A stretch of 64,000 bases of DNA from an uncultured Actinomycetota bacterium. GTDB taxonomy: Bacteria; Actinomycetota; Thermoleophilia; RBG-16-64-13. The position numbers and the translations under genes were made by a program. Of this stretch, positions 9,722-22,911 are shown in pieces. Under the pieces are notes generated by a model. It worked only from the letters and a program-made list of their open reading frames with translations, did no database searches and was not told the origin of the DNA. The stretch lies in assembly GCA_963777945.1 (NCBI GenBank), contig CAVZSN010000006.1, positions 194,834 to 258,833 on the forward strand, given 5' to 3'. Numbering within the stretch: position 1 is the first letter of the stretch; every line of letters starts with the position of its first letter.

Positions 9722-11686
9722 ATGGTGGCGAACGAATCTCTCGACGAGAAGATCTTCGACGTTCCGGCCGAGTTCAGGAAGACCGCCTGGATCTCGAGCA
9801 TGGAACAGTACGAAGACATGTACCGGCGTTCTTTGGACGACGCCGATGCCTTCTGGGGGGAGGAGGCGGAGAAACGTCTGCACTGGTTCAAGAAGTGGGA
9901 CTACGTGCAGAATCACGACTTCAGCAAGGCCAAGATCCGTTGGTTCGAGGGTGGCAAGCTGAACGTTTCTTACAACTGCCTCGATCGCCATGTCGAAGCC
10001 GGAAAAGGCGACAAGGTAGCCTACTACTTCGAGGGTGACTCTCCGGAGTCCACCCGGACCATCACCTACAAGCAACTGTGGGAAGAAGTCACCAAGTTCG
10101 CCAACGTCCTCAAGAAGAAGGGCGTCAAGCGTGGCGACCGAGTGGTCATCTATCTGCCCATGATCCCGTCGCTCCCCGTGGCCATGCTGGCCTGCGCCCG
10201 CATCGGCGCTATCCACTGCGTCGTCTTCGGCGGCTTCTCGGCCGAGGCCCTGCGCGACCGCATCCTGAACGCGGGCGCCACCCTCATGATCACCGCCGAC
10301 ACCGGCCTCCGTGGCGGCCGGCCCACCCCGCTCAAGACCGCTGCCGACGCGGCCATGACGGAGTGCCCCGATATCAAGACCTGCATCGTGGTCAAGCATA
10401 CCGGTAACGAGATCCCCTGGACCGAGGGCCGCGACACCTGGTTCGAAGACGAGATGGCGGCTCCGGATATCACCACCGACTGCCCGTGCGAAGAGATGGA
10501 CGCCGAGGACCCGCTGTTCATCCTCTACACCTCGGGCTCTACGGGCAAACCCAAGGGTGTCATGCACACCACGGCGGGTTACCTGCTCTACGGCAGCATG
10601 ACCCACGAGCTCATCTTCGACTACCATCCCGAGCAGGTCTACTGGTGCACCGCCGACATCGGCTGGGTCACCGGACACACCTACATCGTGTACGGCCCGC
10701 TCGCCAACGCGGCGACCGGCATCCTCTTCGAAGGTGTCCCCAGCTACCCGACGCCGGACCGCTTCTGGACCGTGGTGGAGAAATACAAGGCCAGCATCTT
10801 CTACACCGCCCCCACCGCCCTGCGCTCCATCGCGCGCGAAGGCGACGACTGGGTCAAGAAGCACGATCTGTCGTCCCTCCGTGTTCTGGGCACCGTGGGC
10901 GAGCCCATCAACCCCGAAGTGTGGCTCTGGTATCACGACCTCATCGGTGGCGGCAACTGCCCCATCGTCGACACGTGGTGGCAGACCGAGACCGGCGGCA
11001 TCCTGATCACCCCGCTGCCGGGCGCCATGAAGATCAAACCGGGTTCGGCCACGCTGCCGTTCTTCGGTGTCGAGCCGACCATCGTCGACGAAGACGGCCG
11101 CGAGATCACCGGTCCGGGCGTCGGCAACCTCTGCATCAAACGCCCCTGGCCGGGCATGATGCGCGGCGTGTACGGCGAGTCTGAGCGTTTCTACGAGACC
11201 TACTTCGTCCAGTACCCGGGCTTCTACTTCACCGGCGACGGCTGCCGGCGCGACGAAGACGGCTACCACTGGATCACCGGCCGCGTGGACGACGTCATCA
11301 ACGTCTCCGGCCACCGCATGGGTACCGCCGAAGTCGAATCCGCTCTGGTCAGCCATCCGGCTGTGGCCGAAGCGGCCGTCGTGGGCATGCCTCATCCCAT
11401 CAAGGGTCAGGGTATCTATGCCTACGTCACCCTGAACGCCGACCAGGAACCCTCGGACGACCTGCGCAAGGCCCTGGTGGTCCACGTGCGCAAGGAGATC
11501 GGCCCCATCGCCACTCCGGACGTCATCCAGTGGGCTCCCGGTCTGCCGAAGACCCGCTCGGGCAAGATCATGCGCCGTATCCTCAAGAAGATCGCGGCCA
11601 ACGAGATCGGCGACCTGGGCGACACCTCCACCCTGGCCGACCCGAGCGTGGTCGACAACCTGGTGGAGCACCGCGCGAACAAGTAA
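9722..11686 (+). CDS. acs: acetyl-CoA synthetase (AMP-forming)
   Basis: ORF 9593..11686. Start taken at the ATG at 9722, after AACGGAGGAAG. AMP-binding motifs [20 protein letters not shown] and the C-terminal [17 protein letters not shown] are present. Confidence 0.95.
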   Translation: MVANESLDEKIFDVPAEFRKTAWISSMEQYEDMYRRSLDDADAFWGEEAEKRLHWFKKWDYVQNHDFSKAKIRWFEGGKLNVSYNCLDRHVEAGKGDKVAYYFEGDSPESTRTITYKQLWEEVTKFANVLKKKGVKRGDRVVIYLPMIPSLPVAMLACARIGAIHCVVFGGFSAEALRDRILNAGATLMITADTGLRGGRPTPLKTAADAAMTECPDIKTCIVVKHTGNEIPWTEGRDTWFEDEMAAPDITTDCPCEEMDAEDPLFILYTSGSTGKPKGVMHTTAGYLLYGSMTHELIFDYHPEQVYWCTADIGWVTGHTYIVYGPLANAATGILFEGVPSYPTPDRFWTVVEKYKASIFYTAPTALRSIAREGDDWVKKHDLSSLRVLGTVGEPINPEVWLWYHDLIGGGNCPIVDTWWQTETGGILITPLPGAMKIKPGSATLPFFGVEPTIVDEDGREITGPGVGNLCIKRPWPGMMRGVYGESERFYETYFVQYPGFYFTGDGCRRDEDGYHWITGRVDDVINVSGHRMGTAEVESALVSHPAVAEAAVVGMPHPIKGQGIYAYVTLNADQEPSDDLRKALVVHVRKEIGPIATPDVIQWAPGLPKTRSGKIMRRILKKIAANEIGDLGDTSTLADPSVVDNLVEHRANK

Positions 11687-11744
11687 GTCTCGATCTGAGC
11701 CCGGTCGCCCGCTGCGAGCGACCGGCCGACGGACATGAGATGCG

Positions 11745-11772
11745 AAGGGGGCGGCCGCAAGGCCGCCCCCTT
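11745..11772 (+). terminator. GC-rich hairpin downstream of acs
   Basis: aagggggcggcc-gcaa-ggccgccccctt forms a perfect 12-bp stem, 60 nt after the acs stop. The trailing T tract is weak (cttct). Confidence 0.55.
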
Positions 11773-11786
11773 CTGCAGCGGCCTAC

Positions 11787-11896
11787 TCGACGTCGCGCCC
11801 TACCCCCTGGGCACGTACTCGACGCCTGGAATGTCCGCGAAGTCCGGCATCCTGAGTCCAGCAGTGCCGCCCCCACCGACCGAGCGACGGCCAGCA
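11787..11896. repeat. direct repeat copy 1 (vapC 3' end plus flank)
   Basis: About 110 bp, matching 12490..12597. The first ~75 bp are identical except for one extra c (agtccggc here versus agtcggc in copy 2); the remainder is roughly 85% identical. Confidence 0.85.
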
Positions 11897-12115
11897 TGAT
11901 GCTGTCCGCCATGGGAAGCTTGAGTTCCAAGCTCAGCCGAGCGGCGGCTAGAGCCGTCGTCGAATCAGATACATCCAGATCGAGCACCTCGCCCTGCATC
12001 ATGACCGCAGCGGACCGCCCGCAGTCGGCCCAGCCTCGATGGCTCCTGCGAAGGACTCGGCGTTGGGGCCGTCGGCGAAGTACTCCAGCCACCCGCACGA
12101 ATCGACTACGTTCAT
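11800..12115 (-). pseudogene. vapC: PIN-domain toxin VapC, reading frame broken about 3 times
   Basis: The N-terminus MNVVDSCGWLEYFADGPNAE, the middle LSLELKLPMADSIMLAVARSVGA and the tail WTQDA / DFADIPGVEYVPRG-stop lie in different frames. The start ATG overlaps the vapB stop (ATGA at 12112-12115). Confidence 0.6.
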
Positions 12116-12318
12116 GCGCGATCCTGTTCCCTGGGCACGTCGGTGTCGATTCCCCGCAGGAAGCCCCGAGTCCCGCGGGCGTCCTCCAACGGGATGAGTT
12201 CCACCCGGCCCTCGTAGAGCACGGCCTTCACTTTCTGACCGGGCAGGAGGCCGGCCCGCTCCCTGATCTCCTTGGGGATCACGACCTGGTACTTGGGCGA
12301 GATGGTGACGATGGTCAT
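12112..12318 (-). CDS. vapB: AbrB/SpoVT-type antitoxin VapB
   Basis: Start at the ATG at 12318, after GGAGGCGGA. MTIVTISPKYQVVIPKEIRERAGLLPGQKVKAV is the SpoVT/AbrB swapped-hairpin motif. Confidence 0.7.
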   Translation of the reverse strand: MTIVTISPKYQVVIPKEIRERAGLLPGQKVKAVLYEGRVELIPLEDARGTRGFLRGIDTDVPREQDRA

Positions 12319-12489
12319 ATCCGCCTCCGCACATCGATAGCTACTGCGTATTACGAGTGTAGCATCGATAGCACCACCATCGTATCGCGGACGACCGCTC
12401 ATTCAGTGGTTGTAGCACCGCGCCGGCTCTCTGGGCGTGAGACCTTGGTTGCCCCCTTCTTCGCCCGCCGAGGCCCCCCGACCTCACGA

Positions 12490-12597
12490 TCGACGTCGCG
12501 CCCTACCCCCTGGGCACGTACTCGACGCCTGGAATGTCCGCGAAGTCGGCATCCTGAGTCCAGAGTGACGCCCCGACCGACCGAGCGGCGGCCAGCA
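12490..12597. repeat. direct repeat copy 2: orphan 3' fragment of a second vapC-like gene
   Basis: The minus strand reads ...VLAAARSVGASLWTQDADFADIPGVEYVPRG-stop in one intact frame. No upstream PIN N-terminus is present. It abuts the leuS stop at 12604. Confidence 0.85.
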
Positions 12598-12603
12598 CTT
12601 CGG

Positions 12604-15220
12604 CTACTTCACCACCAGGCTGACCAGCCGCCCCGGTACCACCACTTCCTTGACCAGAGCCTGGCCCTCCAGATACTTCGCCACTCCTGGCAGGCCTTTG
12701 GCCGCGGCCAGGACTTCGGCGGCCGTCGCGTCCCGGCCGACCACCACCCGGTCGCGGACCTTGCCGTTGATCTGAACCGCCAACTCCACTGTCTCCGAGG
12801 CCAGAAAGCGAGGGTCAGGCTCCGGCCAGGGTGCATCCCAGATATCCTTCCGACCCATGAGGTCCCAAAGCTCCGCCCCCATATGCGGGGCAAACGGCTC
12901 GAGCAGACGGACCATGGTCTTCAGGGCGTGGGCAAGGACGGTCTTACCGGTGGCGGTGGCCGCCAGGCCGGAGGCCCGGGCGGCCCCGATGTCGTTGCTC
13001 AGTTCCATGATGGCGGCGAGCGCCGTGTTGAAGTGAAAGCGCCGGCCGATGTCCGCCGTGGTCTTCTGCACCACCTGATTCGTCTTGACCAGCAACGCGC
13101 GCTCAGGAACGGTCAGGGCAGCCTCGCCCACGGTCGCCTCGTCTATAGCTGCGTCGCCGACGGCTGCCTCCGTGGAGGCGACGGTCAGCAGCCCTTCATC
13201 GAGGGCTTCGGTCACCTGCCGCCACACCCTTCCCAGGAAGCGGTAGATGCCTTCGACGCCTTGATCGTTCCACTCGGCGTCGCTCTCGGCCGGGCCAATG
13301 AAGAGGACGTAGCTGCGCACCGAGTCGGCCCCGTACTTGGCCACCATCTGGTCGGGGCTGACCACGTTCCCCTTGCTCTTGGACATCTTGGCGCCCTTGT
13401 AGTAGATCATGCCCTGGGTGAAGAGATTCTTGAACGGCTCCTCGAAGCCGACCAGGCCCAGGTCGTAGAGCACCTTGGTGAAGAAACGTGAGTACATCAG
13501 GTGGAGGATGGCGTGCTCCACCCCACCGATGTACTGGTCGACAGGAAGCCAGTAGTCCACCGCGTCCCGGTCGAAGGCGACGTCGGCACGCCAGGGCGAC
13601 GCGTAGCGCAGGTAGTACCAGGACGAGTCCACGAAGGTGTCCATGGTGTCGCTCTCCCGGCGGGCCGGGCCCCCGCACGCGGGACAGGTGGTGTTGATCC
13701 AGTGTTCAGCGGCCGCCAAGGGCGACTTGCCCTTGGGTGCGTAATCGGTGATCGCCGGCAGCAGCACGGGAAGCTGATCCTCCGGGACGGGCACTTCTCC
13801 ACACCTCTCGCAGTAGACGATAGGGATGGGAGCGCCCCAGTAGCGCTGACGCGAGACCAGCCAGTCACGCAGCTTGTAGTTGACGGCGAAGTCGGCCTTG
13901 CCCTGGCCTTTGAGCCACTCGGTCACCTCGACGACGGCGTCCCCCTTGGCGAGCCCATCGAAGCGACCGCTGTTGACCAGCACTCCGTCGCCGCTGTAAG
14001 CCTGGAGGAGATTGCCCTCGCAGTCTTTGTACTCGTCGGGGCTGGCGATGACCTCTATCACCTCCAGGCCGTACTTCTTGGCGAACGCGAAATCGCGCTC
14101 GTCGTGCCCGGGGACGGCCATGATGGCGCCGGTCCCGTAGTCCATCAGCACGTAATCGGCCACGTAGATGGGGATCCGGCCCCCGGTCACCGGGTTGACG
14201 GCGTAGCGGCCGGTGAAGACCCCTGTCTTCTCCTTCTCGATGCTCGCCCGTTCGATGGCCGAGGTAGCCATGGCCTTGGCCACGTACCGCTTGACCTCCG
14301 CCTCGTGGGGAAGGCCGGCGACCAACTCGTCCACCAGCGGATGTTCCGGAGCCAGGATGAAGAAGGTCGCCCCGAACAGAGTGTCGGGCCGGGTGGTGAA
14401 GACGGTGACCTCGGTCGCGGCGGCTCCGCGCGCCGCGGCGTCGTCGCCCGCCCCCGCGGGCGCGGCGCGCGGCACCGTCTACCGGGGCGATGGCAAAGAC
14501 CACGTCGGCGCCGGTGGACTTGCCTATCCAGTTGCGCTGCATGGTAAGCACCCGCTCCGGCCACGATTCGAGCTTGTCGAAGTCCTCCAGCAGCCGCTCC
14601 GCGTAGTCGGTGATCCGGAAGAACCACTGGGTCAGCTTCTTCGCCTCCACCACCGTATCGCAGCGCTCACACGCGCCTTCCACGACCTGCTCGTTGGCCA
14701 AGACCGTCTGACACGACGGACACCAGTTGACCGGAGCCTCCTTCTTGTAAGCGAGCCCCTTCTTGTACAACTGGAGGAACAGCCACTGCGTCCACTTGTA
14801 GTACTCGGGGCGGGAGGTGACCACTTCCCGCGTCCAGTCGATGGAGACGCCCAGCCTCCGCAGTTGGCGGTTGATGGTGGTTATGGCCTCTTCCGTGAAC
14901 GTGGCGGGCGGTTCTCCGGTCTTGATGGCCATGTTCTCCGAGTTCAGCCCGAAGGCGTCGTAGCCCATGGGATGAAGGACGCGCTGCCCCTGGTGGCGGC
15001 GGAACCGGGCGATGACGTCGCCCATGGTGTAGTTCTTGACGTGACCCATGTGCGCGCTGCCCGAAGGGTAGGGGAACATCTCGAGTACGTAGGTGGCGTC
15101 CCTGCCCTTGCCCCCCGGCTGCGAGCCCGGCTCGGGGTTGGACGCGACGAAGGTGTCCCGTTCCATCCAGACCTTCTGCCACTTGGTCTCGATCCCCTCG
15201 GGATCGTACATGCGCGCCAT
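12604..15220 (-). CDS. leuS: leucyl-tRNA synthetase, one frame change
   Basis: ORF 13865..15220 gives the N-terminus, with the HIGH-type motif [12 protein letters not shown] and the Zn-binding CPSCQ...CERC. ORF 12604..14475 gives the rest, with [11 protein letters not shown] and KMSKS. The frames join near 14460-14490. Confidence 0.9.
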
Positions 15221-15296
15221 GGTCGTCCTTCCGCTGTCTCGGTCCGATCTAGTAGCTCACGGCGATGCGCCTACGTCGGCGCGCCGGACCAGGCGA

Positions 15297-16563
15297 TTAT
15301 CCCAGCCCGTCTCCTGCTCGCCAAATCGAAGTCCGACCGGATCCGCGGCGCCAACCTGGAGCACGGAGGAAGCAGAGGGTAACTGCACCGATCAGCAGAA
15401 GCACACCGAAGATCAGGAAGGCCAGATCGTAACCGCCCGTAGTATCGAAGATGTACCCGGCCAGAAATGGTCCCGCAATGGCGCCGACCGAGAAGGCCAG
15501 AGCCGCGAGCCCCAGCAAGGTCCCGATGGCCTTGAGCCCGAAAAGAGGAGGGGTCACCCCCATCCTGACCGGGACGGCTGCGCTGAAAGCGAAGCCCACA
15601 AGCACCGACAGCAGGTAGAACACCCACGCGCTCCCGGCAAAGATGAACAGCAGCAGGGCGACCGCGTTGAGGGCCGTGAGAAGCACCAGGGTCCACCGGT
15701 AGCCCAGCTTCCCGGCGATCATCCAGGCGAGCAGCGTGCCGGCCGTCGCCCCGATGCTGCTCACGGTCATGATGAGAGCGGCGGTCGTGGCGGAGATACC
15801 CACATCGGTGGCGTAGGGCACTACGTGGGCAGCGAAGGCGTAGTAGCCGAGACCCAGCATCGCGCCGGCGAACACCAGGATCCAGAAGGCCGATGTCTTC
15901 GCAGCTTCCCCGGCGGACAGCCCCCTTCGGCGCCGTCGGATCATCCCCACTTCCCGAGATCTCGGGCGCGCCCGCCGCACCGCCCGCCTCCGGCTTCCTA
16001 CCGATGAGGACGAGCGCGGGCAGACCGCACACGAAGGCCACCACCCCCAGGACCACCCAGGCGGTGCGCCACCCGCTGCCTTCTATCACCGCCGAGACCA
16101 CCGGCGACAGCACCATCTGCCCGACGATGATGCCCAGCAGCGCGATACCGATGGCCATCGTCCGTCGCCCGGCGTCGAACCACTTGGAGATGGTGGTGAC
16201 GCTCGGCGTGTAGCCGCAACCGGCCAGGATCCCACCGCCCACGCCGAACAGAACGTAGAACTGCCAGAGAGCATCTATGCGCGACATCAGCACGAACGAG
16301 GCGGCGCCGACGACGACCCCCGGGGCGATCGCCGTCCGGGGACCCCATCGGTCCGTCACTCTCCCCACGATTACCCCCACGAGCCCGGAGACGGCCATCA
16401 GCAGGGACATTCCGACCGACACCGCCGCCCGCGACCACCCGAACTCCTCCGCCAAGGGCTTCAGGAACAGCCCGAAGCACAACTGGGTACCGAACGACCC
16501 CACCAGCAGCAGGAACGAGACGGCGACGATGACCCAGCCGTATGACGGGCGGCTGTTCTTCAT
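15297..16563 (-). CDS. MFS transporter (oxalate/formate-antiporter-like), one frame change
   Basis: N-terminal half comes from ORF 15271..16593 (start ATG at 16563, MKNSRPSYGWVIVAVSFLLL...). C-terminal half comes from ORF 15297..15980. The frame change is at a C5 run, 15921-15925. Confidence 0.8.
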
Positions 16564-16806
16564 GCCCGGTCCTTGGTGACGGGCGGCAGGCAAGACACTC
16601 CTTCGCTCCGAACGATTACGTGCAAGATCGGACCTCCGCCCAGACTGCGGGCATCACTCGCAATGGTGTGGAGCGACTGTATCGGCTACGCGGGCCTTGG
16701 TCAAATGGAAATACCGATGGATGACGATGCGGCCGCCCCATCGGGGCGGCCGCGACATACCGTCACAGCCCGACTGTGGCGCCGGGCCCCAAGGCCCGGC
16801 GCGGTG

Positions 16807-18111
16807 TCAATACGTCACGAAACTCGGGAGCCAGGTGGCCAATTCCGGGAATACCAGAAGCAGCCCCGCCAGTACGATCATCCCGACCAGAAAGGCCATC
16901 GCGCCCCTGAATATCTTCCCCATGGGCACGTCCGGAGCGACTCCCTTGATGATGTAGACGTTGATCCCCACGGGAGGCGTGATCACGCCCATCTCCACCA
17001 CCAGCACTATGATGACTCCGAACCAGATGGGATCGAAACCCAGGGCCACGACTGTCGGATAGAGTATCGGAACGGTCAGGGTCACCATGGCCAGCGAGTC
17101 CATGAAGCACCCGGCTATCAGGTACATGACCAGAATCAGGATCATGACCACCGTCGGCGGGACGGGAAGGCTCCCGAGGAAGTCGGACGCCGCGCTCGGT
17201 ATGCCGGTCACGGCCATGAAGTGACCGAAGACGGTCGCGCCGGCTACGATCATCATGATCATGGCGGTGATCAGCAGGGTGTCCTTGATCGAAAGCCAGA
17301 ATCTCCGCAGATCGAACTGCCTTCTGACCACGCCGATGAAGATGGCTGCCGCCGTTCCGACCGCGGCCGCCTGCGTGGGGCTGAAGAGCCCGGCGAAGAG
17401 TCCGCCGAGCACCAGTACAAAGAGGAACAGCATCTCGAGGAGCCCGGTCATCCCGAGAAGTTTCTGCCTGAGGGTGGTCGCTCCCCCGGCCGGAGCAGAG
17501 GTGGGATGGAATCGAGCCCAGATGTAGACCGCGATGCAGAACAACGTGGCCAGGATCAGGCCGGGTACCACCCCGGCGACGAACAACTTGCCTATCGACT
17601 GCTCCGAGAGGATGCCGTAGATGATGAAGATCGTGCTGGGCGGGATCATGATCCCCAGACTCCCCGCTGCCGCCATGCAGCCGCAGGCCAGCCCGGGATC
17701 GTAGCCGTGACGGCGCATCTCCGGGATCGCCACCTTGCCCATCGCCGCGGCAGTCGCACTGGTGGAGCCGCAGATGGCCGAGAACCCGGCGGTGGCTACG
17801 ATGGTGGCCATGGCCAGCCCCCCGCGCCACTTGCCGAATATCGTGTAGGCGGCGTCGTACAACCTCCCGCTCATGCCCGCGTAGAAAGCCACCGATCCCA
17901 TGAAGACGAACATCGGGATCACGGTGAGGTTGTAGCTGGTCCAGATCTCCCAGAAGTCGCGGGCCAGTATGCTGACCCCGGCGGTCCATCCCTTCGTGGC
18001 GATGAACCCCACCGTGCCGACGAAGGCCATGGTGAAACCTACGGGCATGCCCAGGAGGAACAGAACAACGAGGACCGCGACGCCGATGATGCCGATCGTC
18101 ACCGGGTCCAC
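16807..18111 (-). CDS. dctM: TRAP transporter large permease
   Basis: 434 aa, highly hydrophobic, typical DctM-family length and sequence. Overlaps the dctQ end by 13 nt. Confidence 0.9.
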   Translation of the reverse strand: MDPVTIGIIGVAVLVVLFLLGMPVGFTMAFVGTVGFIATKGWTAGVSILARDFWEIWTSYNLTVIPMFVFMGSVAFYAGMSGRLYDAAYTIFGKWRGGLAMATIVATAGFSAICGSTSATAAAMGKVAIPEMRRHGYDPGLACGCMAAAGSLGIMIPPSTIFIIYGILSEQSIGKLFVAGVVPGLILATLFCIAVYIWARFHPTSAPAGGATTLRQKLLGMTGLLEMLFLFVLVLGGLFAGLFSPTQAAAVGTAAAIFIGVVRRQFDLRRFWLSIKDTLLITAMIMMIVAGATVFGHFMAVTGIPSAASDFLGSLPVPPTVVMILILVMYLIAGCFMDSLAMVTLTVPILYPTVVALGFDPIWFGVIIVLVVEMGVITPPVGINVYIIKGVAPDVPMGKIFRGAMAFLVGMIVLAGLLLVFPELATWLPSFVTY

Positions 18112-18662
18112 GTCTGGACCGCCTTGATGATCGATTTGACGAGATCCAAGATCAGGACCAACAGTAGAGCGAGTACACTGACCGCCATCCCATAGACGAA
18201 GGGATAGAAGGGGATCTTCTGGGTCATCGAGACTTCCCCGGACGCCCTCAGTTGTCCGGCGTATTTGAAGCTGTAGTAGGTCAGCAACGCGAACACGCAG
18301 ACACTGAGAAAGGTGGTAAGAGCGTCGATGATCCCTTTGGCGCGTGGAGGAAAGTGTTCGATGATGAAATCCACCGCCACGTGTCCCCGCATCACCTGGG
18401 TGAACGGGACCGCGAAGGCTATGGCCACCACCGAAAGGAACGAGACGTACTCGATGCCTCCCGGAACCGGCCTCGACAGGATCTTGATCCCGATGACGTC
18501 GGCCACGATAAGCACGAGCATCCCGACAAGACCGATGCCCGCAATGTAGAACAGGAACTTCGTACCCAACGCGATATACCTGTCGAGCTTGGGTACGATG
18601 CCTTTTTGCGGTCCGGCCTCCCGGAGCGGGAGAGGCTCCTGATCGGGTGCGATCATCTCCAT
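18099..18662 (-). CDS. dctQ: TRAP transporter small permease
   Basis: 187 aa with four predicted TM segments, positioned between the dctP and dctM homologs. Confidence 0.8.
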   Translation of the reverse strand: MEMIAPDQEPLPLREAGPQKGIVPKLDRYIALGTKFLFYIAGIGLVGMLVLIVADVIGIKILSRPVPGGIEYVSFLSVVAIAFAVPFTQVMRGHVAVDFIIEHFPPRAKGIIDALTTFLSVCVFALLTYYSFKYAGQLRASGEVSMTQKIPFYPFVYGMAVSVLALLLVLILDLVKSIIKAVQTWTR

Positions 18663-18773
18663 AGGACCACCTCCTTGCCCAACCCCTCGCTTATGGATAG
18701 AGGCGGAGCAGACGCCCCGCCTCTATCCCGCTATTGTCCACTGTCTCGCTGACGTCCTGTCGTGCTGCGACCT

Positions 18774-19973
18774 CTACTGGGCCGACGGGGACTTGACGTT
18801 CTCGGCCACCCAGGCCGCGCAGTCGGCGTCAGAGACCACGTTCTGCTGCCAGTACGCGATCCGACTATCGATGAAGGCGTCGAAATCGTCCGTTAGCCCG
18901 GCACTTGTAAGTTCGCCCTTCTTCTTGTCGATCATGGGCACGACGGCCTCCGCCCATTTGGTAGCCTCTTCAGGTGAGAGGTCGACGATCTCCCGGCCTG
19001 GTTGCTGCTTGAGAAGCTCTACCCCGGCAGCATCGAGGGCCGATGCGACTTTCGCCCAGTACTCGACATACTCGGTGCTCACGTCCGTGAAGACCTGCTG
19101 GATATCCGGTGGCAGCGAACTCCACTTGTCGTTGTTCATGATGATGTACATGGAACTGACGGAGCCCACCGAGAAGCAGTTGGTGACGTAGTTGACGACC
19201 TCAGCCTGCTTCCAACCGGCCAGCACTTCCCGGGGAGCGAGGCTTCCGTCGACGACACCTTTCGACATGAGCTCGTATGCCTCATTCTGTGGAGCTGCAT
19301 ATCCTTCGGCCCCCAAGGCCGTGGCGATCGCCGCGCCCACGCCTGTCGAGCGGATGACCAGCCCCTTCATATCCTCGAGAGTCTTGACCGGGTTCTTGAC
19401 AGCCAACACGACCTGAGGCCCGGTGCCATAGAACATCAAGGCATGGACCTTCTCGAGCTCTGCAGGTTTGAATTGCTGGTAGTAGTCGTTGACCACATGT
19501 GTGGCCACATACCCTGCCGGATACCCGTGCGGGTAGTCGAGCAGATCCATCACGGGGAAGATACCCGGAGTGTAGGCGAACACCGAGAGCCCGAGGTCGG
19601 AAATGCCGGTGGTCACACCGTCATACACTTTGTTGGCGGGGGTGAGCGAGGCTCCCGGGAGGTACTCGAACTCGACCGCCCCATTGGTCCTCTTGGTGAT
19701 CTCCGCCATCCACATCTCAGCCGTGATGGCGATCTTGTTGGTCGCTGGGAAGAACGAGTTGAATGTGAACTTCCAGTTGCCGGCCGGATAGGTCGAGACC
19801 GTCGAGGCCGCGGTGGTCGTCGGCCCTGCCGTAGTGGCCGGTCCGGCGGTGGTAGCCGGTCCAGCCGTGGTCGGAGGCGCCGTGGTCGTCGTCTCCTCGC
19901 CCTCGCCGCACGCAACAAGAACCATCCCCAGCGCGAGCGCAAACACCAACCCTAGAATCAACGCCTTCCTCAT
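18774..19973 (-). CDS. dctP: TRAP transporter substrate-binding lipoprotein (DctP family)
   Basis: Start at the ATG at 19973 (MRKALILGLVFALALGMVLVAC, lipobox LVAC). This is followed by a TTTTAPPTTAGPATTAGPATTAGPTTTA linker and then a DctP-like domain. Confidence 0.85.
   Translation of the reverse strand: MRKALILGLVFALALGMVLVACGEGEETTTTAPPTTAGPATTAGPATTAGPTTTAASTVSTYPAGNWKFTFNSFFPATNKIAITAEMWMAEITKRTNGAVEFEYLPGASLTPANKVYDGVTTGISDLGLSVFAYTPGIFPVMDLLDYPHGYPAGYVATHVVNDYYQQFKPAELEKVHALMFYGTGPQVVLAVKNPVKTLEDMKGLVIRSTGVGAAIATALGAEGYAAPQNEAYELMSKGVVDGSLAPREVLAGWKQAEVVNYVTNCFSVGSVSSMYIIMNNDKWSSLPPDIQQVFTDVSTEYVEYWAKVASALDAAGVELLKQQPGREIVDLSPEEATKWAEAVVPMIDKKKGELTSAGLTDDFDAFIDSRIAYWQQNVVSDADCAAWVAENVKSPSAQ
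19797..19892 (-). repeat. coding low-complexity Thr/Ala/Pro linker repeat in dctP
   Basis: Degenerate PATTAG hexapeptide repeats, read directly from the ORF translation. Confidence 0.7.
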
Positions 19974-20211
19974 TGCACGCCCTCCCTTTGCGGTCCTCGG
20001 CGACTTCCCCATGAGTCCGCCGGTTAGCCTAAAGAGCACACTCCATGAATGTATCAAATGGGGTATGAATAACGCTAATCATGTGTGGTTCGCATGGATG
20101 TTGCCCTCGGCTTTCTCGGCGCCGCAGCGCAGGAATGGTAGCGCCCAGGATTGCCGGATCTGCTAAGACCTTCGTTGCAGACCGGCCCGATGTGACCACG
20201 CGCCGGTCCCG

Positions 20212-22287
<2,076 letters not shown>

Positions 22288-22290
22288 CGG

Positions 22291-22911
22291 CTACCCCTTG
22301 GACGTGACAAAGGCGTCCGGGTGGACCTTCTGGTAGATAGCCTTGTAGCGCTCCACTCTGCGGACGAACTCCTGTGTCTCGGGATAGGGAATGTCCTCGA
22401 TACCGAAGGCTTTGCTGCCCCCCGCCTTCTCTATCCACCCGCGCACGGCGTTCTGCCCGGCGTTGTACGCGGCGATCGCCGCGGTGGGGTCATCCAGGAT
22501 GCGGTGCAGGTAGGCGAGGTAGCAGGCGCCCAGTTCCAGGCTGTCTTGCGGGTTGGTGAGCGCAGGATTGTCGGGTCCCTTCCAGCTATCGAGCGAGGTG
22601 ACCCACTCGGCCGTCTTGGGCAGGAGTTGCATGAGTCCCACTGCGCCGGCGTGCGAACGGGCGTCGGGGTCGAAACCGCTTTCGGTCCGCGCCACAGCGG
22701 CCACCAAGTAGGGGTCCAGATCGTACTTCTCGGCCACCGCAGCGATCTCGTCTTCATACACAAGCGGGTAGACCCGGTCCGAGACGACGGGGACCACCAT
22801 CCGACCCGTCAGCGCCGAGAACCCCACCCCCACGATCGCTGCAACCACGACCACCAGCACGACCACAGCCAGTAGCGCCCGGCGGCGACGTCGGCGCCGG
22901 CGCGCGCTCAT
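22291..22911 (-). CDS. membrane-anchored lytic transglycosylase (SLT domain)
   Basis: Start at the ATG at 22911 (MSARRRRRRRRALLAVVVLVVVV). SLT catalytic region ARTESGFDPDARSHAGAVGLMQL...AYNAG. Confidence 0.8.
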   Translation of the reverse strand: MSARRRRRRRRALLAVVVLVVVVAAIVGVGFSALTGRMVVPVVSDRVYPLVYEDEIAAVAEKYDLDPYLVAAVARTESGFDPDARSHAGAVGLMQLLPKTAEWVTSLDSWKGPDNPALTNPQDSLELGACYLAYLHRILDDPTAAIAAYNAGQNAVRGWIEKAGGSKAFGIEDIPYPETQEFVRRVERYKAIYQKVHPDAFVTSKG

